The position numbers and the translations under genes were made by a program. Source: Emiliania huxleyi CCMP1516 (taxonomy: Eukaryota). Taken from it: a DNA stretch of 64,000 nucleotides. The notes below the pieces were generated by a model. That model made no database searches. It was not told the origin of the DNA and saw nothing but the letters and a program-made list of their open reading frames with translations. Where the stretch lies: the NCBI RefSeq assembly GCF_000372725.1, contig NW_005201493.1:280475-344474 (forward strand), written 5' to 3'. Positions 48,525-59,761 of this stretch are shown piece by piece. Numbering within the stretch: the stretch's first letter is position 1; every line of letters starts with the position of its first letter.

Positions 48525-48720
48525 CGGCGCTGGCATTGTCGCCACCGGCACGTGGGACGAGCCGAGCAACTGCGTCCAGCTGTGGGCGGTGGCGCTGCAG
48601 CCGGAGGACGTGGAGATGGATGACGACGCCGCCGCCGCCGCCTCCGAGGCGCCAGCAGCCCGCCTGCTCGCGACGGCGCACCACGCCGCCTCCGTCCTCG
48701 GCCTCACCGCCGCCGGCTCC
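48525..48720 (+). pseudogene. WD40 fragment resembling the Nup43 N-terminus
   Basis: Translates GIVATGTWDEPSNCVQLWAVAL...RLLATAHHAASVLGL, similar to the recalled Nup43 ATGSWD...LW motif. No start codon and no continuation. Confidence 0.45.
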
Positions 48721-49544
48721 CTCTCGTGCGTCCGACACCGCCGCCGCTGCGCGCGCGCCCGCGGTCGACGGTCGTCCTCAACACGTGAGAGCCAATCCAC
48801 GTGCGGACGACCCCGCCATAATAACAGTGTTAGAAACGGTGCAAACGGTGCAAACGGTACATCAGTAGAACAGGTTTCATGTAGTTAGTACAAGAAATCA
48901 GGCGTGAGGGAGTTGAGAGTTGTAGAGAGATGGAATACCGCACCCTCACCGGCTCGACCGACTACTTGACGGCTCGACTGCTTCTCCTCAGGGGAGAGAC
49001 CGCGAGAAATAGGGACGCCGTTGGCGCGCTCGCCTTCGCAGCGCGCCGCAGCGAGAGCTCTAACACTCACTCCAGAGTGAAGATGCCGAAATCCTCGTAC
49101 GGTGGCGGGTCGGGCCAGTCAACTGGCTCCGCCTCGCATGGCACCCATGCTTCGCCTCTGCCCCACGCCAGCAGCTCGTTGTCGCGGGCGATTTGCTCGG
49201 CCTCTTCCTTCTTCAACAGAGCCTCGAGGAGGCGCAAGAGTCGGGCGTCATCGCCTGTCTCGGCCAGCATCTCGTGCACTGACGTCGGGCTAAGCAGCGA
49301 CCTGGGAGCCTTGATGGTACCCGATCGGCGGCGCCGTAAGGGGACAACCATCGGGCCCATGGACCGCTCGTCGCTGTTAGATGGTGAGCCAAGCGGGCGC
49401 GGGGGCGGCATGGCTGACCCGTCGCCGACACACCGAGACGCTGGGAGAACGCGAGGGCCTCGAGGAGGTCGAGGAGGGGATACGTCGGATGCATCTCGGC
49501 GATCTTTTAGCTTACTGGGATCTCTCGGATCTCTCGTTGTATGT

Positions 49545-49980
49545 GTGTACTTTTAGCTTACTGGGAGAAAAGGGAGAGGGGGTTGTGTTCAAGGGCCCTA
49601 CGCGCGGCGTGAGAGCTCGGAAGCGAGCTTTGCACGGCGATCGAGGATGGCACGGTTCACCCCCTTCACCGAAGCGATGGAGATGCGTTCCGCGTGGTGT
49701 GACACAAATGAGAGGCGGGAGTGGGGAGGGTACGCGGTGCGGTCAACGCCCGAGCGTTGAGCCTTGCGCGCAAGGCGGTCGATCTTTGCAACTGCAGGCG
49801 GCGAGAAGCCGCCGCCGAATGTCTCGTGGAGAAGCAGGTTGAACTTGTTTCGTTTGGTGAAGATTCCATCATGGTAGTGGCCACGCTGTGACTTGACGTA
49901 GCCTTGGCCGGTGGCGTGGTCGAACGCCCGTTGACCACAGAACCCGCGTTGCTTGCAGCCCATGTTTGCAAGGCGGGCTC
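49545..49980 (-). mobile_element. 5'-truncated RLE-type (CRE-like) non-LTR retrotransposon 3' end with a 15-bp TSD
   Basis: Encodes GHYHDG...LLLHETFGGGFSPPAVAKIDRLAR...ERISIASVKG. TSD tctctcgttgtatgt at 49530-49544 and 49981-49995. Confidence 0.75.
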
Positions 49981-50129
49981 TCTCTCGTTGTATGTAGATC
50001 TTACGTACATTCCCGGAGGAGGACTGCTGACGGGGTTTGCGATGAGAAGCGATCCGAACGTGGCATTCGGGTGATTAGATCACTACCGCCGAAAAACGCA
50101 ACAAAAACAAAACAGCGGAAGCTCGGCCT

Positions 50130-50465
50130 TTGGCTCTCCGCGGCGCTTCCCACCCTTCGGGTCGCGCTCGAGCGGGGCATGCCAGTCGATTTCTTCGGCG
50201 ACTACCTTTACAACAAGGCCCACCACCGGCGGCCCCACGACGGCGTCCTCGCCGCCTGGGCGGACGCGATGCGCGCCCCGGCCAACGCGCCGGTCGTGCA
50301 CGGTGACAAGGAGAAACCAGAGCTCACCGGCAGTACAATGAGGGGTACAAGGTCGACCTCGCGGAACCCCACGCTGGCCCGGGGGGGTGCGATGAGGTGA
50401 ATGAGATCAAGCTCTGGACGCCCCTCCTCAAGACCTCCTCGACGGGCGTTGGCAACGCCTCGAGT
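50130..50465 (+). mobile_element. Frameshifted RLE-domain fragment of a non-LTR retrotransposon
   Basis: DFFGDYL...RRPHDGVLAAW, then KVDLAEP...NEIKLWTP (D...ExK nuclease-like motif). Confidence 0.5.
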
Positions 50466-50495
50466 GAGAGACAGAGAACGAAACATCCGCAGCAT

Positions 50496-51410
50496 CTAGC
50501 CGCCAGAAAGAAAGTTTCCCTCAAACGCCTCGGCTTCGTCCTTGGCGAAGTAGAACTCGAAGATGTCAATGTTGTCGCTCTCCATCACCCAATTCTGGTC
50601 CGGCGCCGTCGGATTGCCAGTCAGGTCGCAGGACGCGGCAAAATTGGTCTTAGTGGCCGCCTCGACCTCTGCAAAGATCTTCTTGCCTTCCTCCAGCTGA
50701 AGCAGATTGCATGCAAGCAGGTCCACCCGCCCGCCCGGGACGGTGGCATTCGCGAGGCACTGCATAAGCTCGCGGACGGGGTTTCCCTCCTCGCGAAGCT
50801 CTTCCGCGGTCGTGACGCGGACGCGCTCGCTGATCTCCCACTCAAAAGTGGACTTGTCGTAGCTGCCACCATCCTTCTTTGCTTCCGGGCCGTGGCACGC
50901 GAAGGCGATGCTTTTGAAGCCCATTCCTCCCGGGGAGGCCTCCTTCACCGCCCTGGCGAGCAGGGCCTTGAAACCCTCGAGGCTTTCGGCATTCTCGTCG
51001 CCGTCCTTCTCCCCGTAGTTGTACTGGTACCCGTGGCACTTGAGCATCTTTGAGAAGTCAGCAATGTCTGGAGTGTTTGAGGAATAGATCACGAGGCGGT
51101 GCGACACGGGGACAACGTAGGGTAAGCCTCTCTCGTTGACGACCATGTTGCACAGTCTGCCATTGATCTGAACTGGGACGACGCTACCGAGCTCCAATTT
51201 AAGGACCGGCTCCAGGTCGCCGCCGCCGCGCTTGCGCCACTCTGCCAGGTTCTCCTCGTCCACGCCGAGATCGGTGGCGGAGGGGAGGGCGGCGGTCGGC
51301 TGCGTTGGCGCGACGGTATCGGCGGGCGTCGGGGCGTCGCGTTCGGCGGTGGGAGGGCCGGGCAGCTCCTTCTCGGTCGAGGGCTCGACGCGGCTGGAGA
51401 AGCAGCCCAT
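50496..51410 (-). CDS. Putatively N-acylated protein with a DUF4347-like domain
   Basis: MGCFSS N-terminus (myristoylation/palmitoylation-like). SIAFACHG and RVDLLACNLL...GKKIFAEVEAATKTNFAASCDLTGN...NWVMES. Confidence 0.65.
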   Translation of the reverse strand: MGCFSSRVEPSTEKELPGPPTAERDAPTPADTVAPTQPTAALPSATDLGVDEENLAEWRKRGGGDLEPVLKLELGSVVPVQINGRLCNMVVNERGLPYVVPVSHRLVIYSSNTPDIADFSKMLKCHGYQYNYGEKDGDENAESLEGFKALLARAVKEASPGGMGFKSIAFACHGPEAKKDGGSYDKSTFEWEISERVRVTTAEELREEGNPVRELMQCLANATVPGGRVDLLACNLLQLEEGKKIFAEVEAATKTNFAASCDLTGNPTAPDQNWVMESDNIDIFEFYFAKDEAEAFEGNFLSGG

Positions 51411-51449
51411 CGTGAGAGGCGACCGTTACAAAATCGTGAGAACGGCGAT

Positions 51450-51860
51450 GGTTCTTGTGCCAAAACAACCTGACGTGAACCGGGGGGAGGGACGTGAACC
51501 GGGGGGAGGGGCGGCGGCGAGCATCGGCGACGGGCATGTGCGCCTCGTTGGCGACTTGAAACTTACGAGCTCGCATGCGTGCAAGGGTGGAGACCGGCTC
51601 GGCTGGAAGGGGGCTTTTGTCGCCTTCGGCAACGAACGCCAAGCGGGAGCTGCTCGACTTAGTGATAGGGCATGCTGCATGCATGGCCACGGCCAGAGGG
51701 GGGGGGAGGGGGAGGCGGAGGATGCAGAGGCGGAGAAGGCGGCGGCGGAAGAGGAGGAGGAAGAGGAGAGTGAGGGGGAGGCGGAGGCGGAGGCACCTGT
51801 GACGGCCCACTACAAGAAGGGCGACTACCGGTTCGCGCGGGAGATAAAGACCTGCGTTTG
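51450..51860 (+). mobile_element. Possible degenerate RLE-domain fragment
   Basis: QPDV...RLVGDLKLTS...AFVAFGNE...AHYKKGDY is PD-(D/E)xK-like. Confidence 0.35.
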
Positions 51861-52361
51861 CTTGACTTTGAGACGTTCGGCGGCTTCGGGACAGGCGGCG
51901 AACACGCGAGCGCGGCCGATCGCGTAGAAGCCCCTCAGATGAGTGGTCAGATGAATAGTGAGCGAGGGATCCGGAGGGGAGCACAAATAGGAGGCCCAGC
52001 CTTGCCCTCGTGCCGCCGAGAGTGTTGGCCGCGAGAGTGTTGGTACCGTAGTGCAAGTTGTTCATCAGGCGAAGGTCCACGCGCGCAGTCCAGACCAAAG
52101 CGAACAGTTGTTTGGTATTGCTAAAAATCTCTCTCTCTCCAAAGCGACTCATTTCTCAAATCCGCATACCAGCTCTTCATGGGCTTGTCTGCCACCCGGC
52201 CCCGCCACCGCTTCTTACGATATCCGCTGCGGCTCTTGGTGAAGAAGAGATTGTTGAGCGCGGCGAAGCGCGGTGTAAAGTCAAGGAACAACGCCGCGAC
52301 ATAAATAAGAAAAACGCGGCGGCGTCTCGCGTCGGCGAAAGGAAGAGTAGGGAGTATCTTG

Positions 52362-54008
52362 ATGCCCAAAAAGCAGCCCCTCGGCCCGTCGCCGCGGTCC
52401 GTCTACCGCCGCGCACGCGCGCTGCACGCCGCTTGGGACATCGCCCACGGTCTCGGCGTGTGCGCGGTCTCGCTCTACCTCCTTGCGCGGCAGCGCGACC
52501 CCGCCCTCGTCGGCGGCGGGTGCGAGCCGCTGCAGTGCCGCGTCGGCGCCGTCTGGCGCGCGGCGTCCGCCGACCCGCTCGAGGCGGCCTGCGCCTGCTT
52601 CACCAACTTTTTCTTCGTCTCGATGTGCGGCAACTCGCCCGCCGCGTGGGCGGCGGCGCTCTGGTTCGCGAGCGTGGACGAGGCGGCGTGGGGCGCGTTT
52701 GCGGCGGGGGTGACGGCGCGCTGGGGCGACCTGTACGACGGCGGCGCCGGCTACGCGTACGGCGTCTGCACCTTCCTCTTCTTCCTTGTGCCGTACCTCC
52801 TCCACGGCGCCCTCCTCCTCCCTCTCGAGCTCTGGAGCCCGGCCGTCGCCGCGGGGACTCCGTACAAGCTCCAGCCGCAGAGGAGGGTCGAGGTTGGCCG
52901 CATCCCGCGCGTGGTGGCCGTGTCTGTGCTCGAGCTGTGCTTGGTCGGGCTGCCCTATGTGCTCGCCCTCGCCCACCTCTCCGTCGCATCGCGCGGCGAG
53001 CGCGGCGTGAGGCTGGAGGGGGCCCTTCCCAGCTACGCGGAGCGCGCGTGGATGCTGCTCGCTCATCTGTTGGTCAACGAGGTGCTCTTCTTCTACGCCC
53101 ACTGGGCGCTGCACCAGGGCCCCCTCTACCGCCGCATCCACAAGATCCACCACGAGTTCACCGCGCCGTTTGCACTAGCCGCCGTGCACGCCCACCCGCT
53201 CGAGCTCCTCACGGCGGACTTAGTCCCCTTCACCGCCGGCTTCGTCCTCTTCCGGCCTCACATCTTCTTTGTCTTTTTGTGGATCGTCGGCGCTGCCCTC
53301 GGCACCCAGACGCACCACTCGGGCTACCGCCTCCCCTGGATCGCAGCCTTCGACGAGCAGCCAGACTTCCACGACTTTCACCACCAGCGCTTCAGCTGCT
53401 GCTACGGCAACATCGGCTGGCTCGACTCGCTGCACGGCACATCGAGGCCGTACCGCGAGGCTCAGGCGCGCGGGAGATATGGGGAGATATGGGGAGATGT
53501 GTGGGGAGATATGGGGAGACATGACTACCGCGAGGCTCGGGCTCGCGGCATCTCCCCCCAACCTCCCGCCTTATCGCCTCCCGATCTCCTCCCAATCTCC
53601 CGCCGATATCTCCTCTCGATCACCCCCGATCTCATTCCGATCTCCCCCCAATCTCCCTCCGCGAGATAGCACGCGAAAGCATGCCGCGAAAGGCGGACCA
53701 ACGCTGCTGACGAACCCCACAGCACGGATCCTCGCCTCCCCCCCCCCCCCCAACACCCCCCCCCCCCTCTCTCCCAGGCGGCGGCCGAAGCGAGGCGAGA
53801 CAAGGCGCAGGACCGGTGGGAGGAGGAGCGGGAAGAGCGGGAGGAGCGGGAGGAGCGGGAGGCGAGGCGGGGGCAGCGGTGCCGTGCGTCCGCCACCAAG
53901 GCCGCCGAGGCGGAGGTGGAGGAGGAGGGGGAGGAGGAGGCGGGGGCGGCACACGCCTCTCCACCGTCGGACCGCGTGTGCGCGAGCCACGGCGCCTCTT
54001 CACACTAA
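52362..54008 (+). CDS. Fatty acid hydroxylase/sterol desaturase superfamily protein
   Basis: His boxes HWALH, HKIHH, HHSGY and HDFHH, plus NIGWLDSLHGT. Main exon runs to ~53465; the last exon 53778-54008 is inferred. Confidence 0.85.
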
Positions 54009-54428
54009 AACCCGCTGTGAACAGGCGGCGGCGGGCGCCAAGCGGCGGGCCGCGGCGCGCGTCGCGCGGCCTCTCAACTGGCCGCTCTCCACGGCGCTCA
54101 GCACGGCGGTCGGGCTGCACTCGCCGCTCGAGCATGGCTGAGTTCTGGACTGGGCGGGTGGCTGTGTGTGGCCGGGTGCGCGCGGGCGCGCCGGCAGCTG
54201 CCGGCAGACCCAGACCGCAGACGGCGCAGCCGGGTCTGATCATGCGGGACGAAGTCTCCACGGTGTGCGGGTGCATTTTGTAGGATGTAGGAGTAGGTAG
54301 GTCTGGCTGACTGACTGATAGGTTCATAGGTCCCTGTCGCGCTATCTCTAGAGCGCAAGGGTCGAGAGAGGGGGCGAGTCTGCGAGAACATAAAGTACTG
54401 TTTTGTATTGGCTAGTTCCATTTCACTG

Positions 54429-54641
54429 AGAGAGAGACCCTCCCTCCCCACTCCCGCCTCTCATTTGTGTCACACCACGCGGAACGCATCTCCATCGCTT
54501 CGGTGAAGGGGGTGAACCGTGCCATCCTCGATCGCCGTGCAAAGCTCGCTTCCGAGCTCTCACGCCGCGCGTAGGGCCCTTAGGGGCCTAGAGAACACAA
54601 CCCCCCCTCTCTTTTCTCCCAGTAAGCTAAAAGTACGTACG
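54429..54641 (+). mobile_element. Second, shorter 5'-truncated copy of the CRE-like element with an 8-bp TSD
   Basis: Near-identical reverse complement of ~49547-49730. tttcactg at 54421-54428 and 54642-54649. Confidence 0.75.
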
Positions 54642-54825
54642 TTTCACTGTGGCACAGCTCGCGTTACAAAACCTTGATTTGACCATTTGCGCAAAAAGGT
54701 ACATCGCGGTGCCTGGCATGTTGTGCGAGTATGTGGGCCAAAAGCGTCGAAAATGTCCCAAAAAGCGTGTCTCGAGTTTGTTGCAGCTCCGCAGCCTGCG
54801 CGCGCTGCCGGGACGCACCGCTTGC

Positions 54826-54868
54826 TGGATCTGTGCACTCCCTGGGACCCAGGGAGTGCACAGATCCA
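54826..54868. repeat. Perfect 21-bp-arm inverted repeat
   Basis: tggatctgtgcactccctggg-a-cccagggagtgcacagatcca. Confidence 0.95.
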
Positions 54869-55501
54869 ACAGGAGTGAGTAGGCTCGACGCCGTACTCGA
54901 GATGGAGCTGCAGAAAGTACGCCGCCGAACGTGCCACCGACGGCGTCCTGGCGGAGGTGGTGGAGTTTGAGACCTGAGGCTGCGGAGGTGACGCCTGAGG
55001 TACCGGGCCGTGCACGGCGACTCAGCCGGCGACCGCCACGGGCTCAGACGAGACTTGTCGACGCGTTCCGGCTCAGCTTCACCGTGGTCCTCGGGCGTCT
55101 GTCGACGTCAGGACCACCCATACAGCTCGCGGGTTTGAGGTCGCAAGGACCAAGATGGTGGCGTTTGGACATCCCAACCATCACATAAGACAGCCTGTAG
55201 GTGATGGCGGGACGGCGCAGTGTTTGTGGCACTCGGCAGTAGGCACCCGCGGCACAGCCCCGCGGTCGGCTCTCGCGGGCTGCGGAACCGGCCCCAGAAG
55301 GGGACGGTCCGGGCGAGTGTGGCAGCTCCTGCGCTAGTATGGGCACCCTCTATCACAACACTACTGATCCTGGCCATTAGAGCTGCCAGGGATAGCGTCA
55401 GGAGCTGGTAGGAGTCAAAACCCCTCATATTTGAGACATCGTGGCCCATATACTCGCACAACGAGCCGCCTTCCAGAGGCAGCTGCGAACCCCGCCGAGT
55501 G

Positions 55502-55601
55502 NNNNNNNNNNNNNNNNNNNNNNNNNNNNNNNNNNNNNNNNNNNNNNNNNNNNNNNNNNNNNNNNNNNNNNNNNNNNNNNNNNNNNNNNNNNNNNNNNNN
55601 N
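55502..55601. other. Assembly gap (100 N)
   Basis: Continuous Ns, flanked by inverted sequence. Confidence 1.
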
Positions 55602-57381
55602 ACTCGGCGGGGTCGCAGCTGCCTCTGCGCGTCTTGGGTAAAGGGTGTGGATGCTGGGGGTTGAACAAAATCGGAGGACGCGACCCACTTCGCCACAGAC
55701 GGTCCCGCGCCTCGCCGCTATGACGGGTAGACGACCGCGGCTCGTGTGCGTCTACCCGTCTTTGTCCGGAGTGAATACTCCAACGCGCTCGTCGGTGACG
55801 GTGTCCTCCAACCTGCGCCGCGCTCGGCGAACCTCGACAGCGCTTTCGGTGGCATGCAGCTCTTTGCGACAGAAGCCTGGAGAGCAGCTCCTCTGCTGCT
55901 CATCTCTCGCCTCCTCCGACAGCTGACCCCAAGCCCCCCCCGGGGCCCTCCGGCCTCGGCCCTCCGGCTCGCCGGCGGGTCCGTTATCGTATTGCGGCAA
56001 CTCCCCTCCCCCAGCTCCTCCTCCCGGGTACACCAGCCTCCGGCGGGGCGGTCTCGGGTCCCCCCGGTTATTCCGAGCGGGTCCATACGGTGGCGGCCCC
56101 GTCGGCGGCGGGGGTGGAGGCGGTGGCAGGGGCGGCGGGTACGGTGGCGGCCCTCGCGGCCCAAACGCCTGGTGTGGAGCCGCTGGGGCGGCCCCACGAC
56201 CCTGCAGCCGTTCCAGTGGCGGGGGCGGAAGTGGCAGTGTGGGTGGCGGAAACGATGGCGGCACTGGCGGCCGCACCGCCTGGTGTGGAACCTCAGGGGC
56301 GGCTCCTCGACCCAGCGGTCGCTCCAGCGGCGGGGGCGGAGGCGGTGGTGGTGGGGGCGGGCCTGGTGGCGGCGCCGGCCGCCGCAACTCCTGGGGCGGG
56401 GCCTCGGGGGATGCCCCCTGCCCCTGCGGCCGTTCCAGCCGTGGTTCCACGCGTCGGCCGTCCACCCCGCTCGTGGGGGGGGGCCTAGCTCTCGTCTCCC
56501 CTCGGGAGGGGGGGGGGGGCAGGACCCGGATTCGCCGACGGCCCCGCCTCTCCCCCCCCCCGCTCCGCATCAGGCCGTAGACTGTGCAGTAGTCGCGTCG
56601 CCTCCCCACTCGCCCGGTCCCTTTCGATTCGGTCCCACACTGACCGGATATCGAAGGCCGAGTTGTGTTCGGATAGCGGGCCCGCCGATGCCACCCGCCT
56701 CTTCACACAGCAGGCGTACGCCTTCATCGCCTGCCCCCCCGACTGCGTCGGTCCCGGTGCGATGTCGTTGACGAGGTAGCCCTCCCCCTCCCACCGGAAA
56801 ACCTGTCCAAGAAGGTCCGGTCGAGCCAACCAGTCGTCTTGCCAGTCCCCGCACTTCCCGTGCCTGTACTGGCCTGAGCACGCCGGTGCTGGCCGCGAAC
56901 GACAGGCCGATCGCCCAAGCTCCGCCAGGACCGCCGGCGTCTTTTTTCGGCTTTTTCTCTATACCCGACGGTAGTGCCGTATACGGTACTTTTCGTTTAC
57001 CCACACTAAGCGAGTCGCGCTAAAATTCTTCTTCATCCGTGCGCGCCTACGTTTCTTTGAAAACACCGCCGACTATAGTCGAGCGCGTCGGAGAGGTGTT
57101 TCGACACCGAGTGTTTTGAACGTTTCTTCGTAGAAGAAATCGTCGAGAGAAAAATTCTCTCGCCGGTGTTCACAGAGCTCTGTGAACACCGGCTACTCGG
57201 CCTTAGCCGCCGGTACGTCAACAGTGCGATAGCCAAGTATCGCACTGTTGGGTCCCGATGGTGTCCCATCACAAATTCGTGCTGTCGACAGATCATGTCC
57301 CTTGGTCGACTGCACCCGCCTTTGGACGGTTCTCCGACATGCTTAGATGAGTCTTTTTTGTCTTTTTGGCTCGCCTGGTCT

Positions 57382-57640
57382 TCACCAGTGCGAACATATT
57401 CTTGCTCGTAGGAGTCGCTCGTCTCTTGTCCGAGCAAACGTGCGCCCGATCGCCCCATTAAGCACGTGCGAAGGGTATCCGAGTGCCGTAAACTCCCTGA
57501 GCTTGCTCGTCACGCTGAGCGCGAATCCCTCGTCATCGCTCGCCATCGCGACCACCTTGAGCAGGCATCCAACCACGATGCCCGCCTTCATTTTAGCGCA
57601 TGTGAAGCTATCCCAACGATGGTAGCGCCACACTCGCCGA
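57382..57640 (-). mobile_element. Penelope-like RT C-terminal (thumb) fragment
   Basis: RYHRWDSF..AKMKAGIVVGCLLKV...F...KLREFTALGYPSHVL matches the S..K.G...G.L....F....L...GYP pattern. Confidence 0.5.
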
Positions 57641-57642
57641 TC

Positions 57643-59472
57643 ATGACCCTCCCCCCAACCATACAGGAGCAGCGCGAGCAGCTGGCCGCGAAGAGGCAGC
57701 GGCTGCGCGCGGCGGAGGCGGCCCTCAGGGCGGCAGCCGCGAGCCAGCTCGCCGACCTGGCTCGGGGCGACCTGGCCTCGCTGCACGCCCTCCTCGCCGA
57801 GGAGGGGACACACGGCACGTCGCTCGCGGCCCAGCTCGACGCGCGGCACGACACCGAGACGCAAGACACGCTTCTGACCTGGGCCGCTCGTCACGGGCAG
57901 GCCGAGGCGGTGCGGCTGCTGCTCGACAGCGGCGCGAGCGTCGGGGCGACGACTGGCCGCGGCGCTTCCGCGCTGTACATCGCGTGCTATAAGGGGCTGC
58001 TAGAGTGCGCCCGGCTGCTCGTCGAGGCTGGCGCGGCGGTCAACCAATCAGAGGCGAACGCTGAAGGTTGCACGCCGCTGTTCAAGGCGTGCCAGGAGGG
58101 CCACCTCGAGATCGTCCGGCTGCTCCTCGAGGCGGGCGCGGCGGTCGGCCAGGCCACGGACGACGGCGTCACGCCGCTGCTCATCGCGTGCGCTCGGGGC
58201 CAGATCGAGTGCGCCAGGCTCCTTCTCGAGGCGGGCGCGGCGGTCGACCAAGCTGACGCTGAAGGCGTCACACCGCTGAGCGCTGCGAGCCAGGAGGGCA
58301 AGATCGACTGCGTTCGGCTGATGATCGCCGCTGGCGCCGCGGTGAACCAAGCAGATTCTGACGGCGCCACGCCGCTGCTCGTCGCGTCCCTAAAGGGCCA
58401 CGTCGAGATCGCGCGGCTGCTTCTCGAGGCTGGCGCGGCGGTGGCTCATGCAGACGCTCAAGGCCGCACGCCGCTGCTCGCCGCGTGCCACTTCGGCCAC
58501 CTCGAGGTCGCCCGGCTGCTGTGCGACGCTGGCGCGGCGGTCGGCCAAGCTGATGATGGAGGCTTCTCGCCGCTGTTCGTTGCGTGCCAGAAGGGCCACC
58601 TCGAGATCGTCCGGCTGCTCCTCGAGGCTGGCGCGGCGGTCGACCAAGCCAAGGAGGACGACGGCTGCACGCCGCTGTGCATCGCGTGCTGGCAGGGCCA
58701 CCTCGAGGTCGCCAAGCTGCTGCGCGACGCTGGCGCAGCGGTCAACCAAGCCCGCAATGACGGCACCACGCCGCTGTTCATGGCGAGCCAGCAGGGCCAA
58801 CTCGAGTGCGTTCGGCTGCTCCTCGAGGCTGGCGCGGCGGTCGACCAAGCCAAGCAGGATGGCGCCACGCCGCTGTACATCGCGTGCCAGAAGGCCCACG
58901 TTGACATCGCCCAGATGCTCCTCGAGGCTGGCGCGGCGATCAGCCAAGCCCGCAACGACGGCGTCACGCCGCTGTTCGCCGCGTGCGACAAGGGCCACCT
59001 CGAGGTCGCCAAGCTCCTCTCCTCCTACGGCGCCTCCCGCGCCGCTACGCCCTTCGGCACGCCCGAGGAGGCCGCGAACCGCCGCGGCCACGCCGACCTC
59101 GCCGCCTGGCTGGTCGCCAGCCGCGGCTGGACGCCGCTCGCGCACCTTGAGAGCCTCACCGCCGCCCGCGCCACCTCCCTCCTGCGCAGCGGCGCAAGCT
59201 TGCGCGAGGGCGAGCCGACGCCGCTGCGGCGCGCCGCGGGCGGCGCGGGCGAGGTGGCGGCGCTGATCCGGCGGGCGGCGGCGCCGTGGTCGCCGGCAAG
59301 CCACTCGCTCTTCCCCGCGGCAGCCCGCGCGCGGGCGGCGCTCCTCGTCCTCTCGATCTACGAGATCCACGAGCGGCACCATCTCGACTCGGCAGGAAAC
59401 ACGAACGGCATCGCGGCGCGCGACTTTGTCACGTGCGTGCTGCGCTTCGCGATCACGCGCGAGACGGAGTAG
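57643..59472 (+). CDS. Ankyrin-repeat protein, paralog D (12 repeats plus cap, constant tail)
   Basis: Intronless ORF with the family framework and a complete tail ending ...VLRFAITRETE. Start codon uncertain. Confidence 0.9.
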   Translation: MTLPPTIQEQREQLAAKRQRLRAAEAALRAAAASQLADLARGDLASLHALLAEEGTHGTSLAAQLDARHDTETQDTLLTWAARHGQAEAVRLLLDSGASVGATTGRGASALYIACYKGLLECARLLVEAGAAVNQSEANAEGCTPLFKACQEGHLEIVRLLLEAGAAVGQATDDGVTPLLIACARGQIECARLLLEAGAAVDQADAEGVTPLSAASQEGKIDCVRLMIAAGAAVNQADSDGATPLLVASLKGHVEIARLLLEAGAAVAHADAQGRTPLLAACHFGHLEVARLLCDAGAAVGQADDGGFSPLFVACQKGHLEIVRLLLEAGAAVDQAKEDDGCTPLCIACWQGHLEVAKLLRDAGAAVNQARNDGTTPLFMASQQGQLECVRLLLEAGAAVDQAKQDGATPLYIACQKAHVDIAQMLLEAGAAISQARNDGVTPLFAACDKGHLEVAKLLSSYGASRAATPFGTPEEAANRRGHADLAAWLVASRGWTPLAHLESLTAARATSLLRSGASLREGEPTPLRRAAGGAGEVAALIRRAAAPWSPASHSLFPAAARARAALLVLSIYEIHERHHLDSAGNTNGIAARDFVTCVLRFAITRETE

Positions 59473-59761
59473 AGCCGTGAGTGCGGTGATTTTGCTTTGC
59501 CCCTCGCGCTCGCGGCTCGCCTCCGACCACGGCGCTGTGTGTCTTCTTGGGATGGGTGGATGTGCGCCGATGGGTCCTCCGGAGTGGGGGGATTGGCCAT
59601 TGGGCTTTCGGGGGGGTCCGGAACTCTCACCTACTCTGCACACGGGACTGTGGTCTGTGCGCTTTTGCTGTGGGGTGACTAAAGCAAATAACTAACAAAC
59701 GCTGTGACATGCGGTGTCGAACACGTAACACGACTCGACTCGCCGTCAAGCTCCAAGGCCC

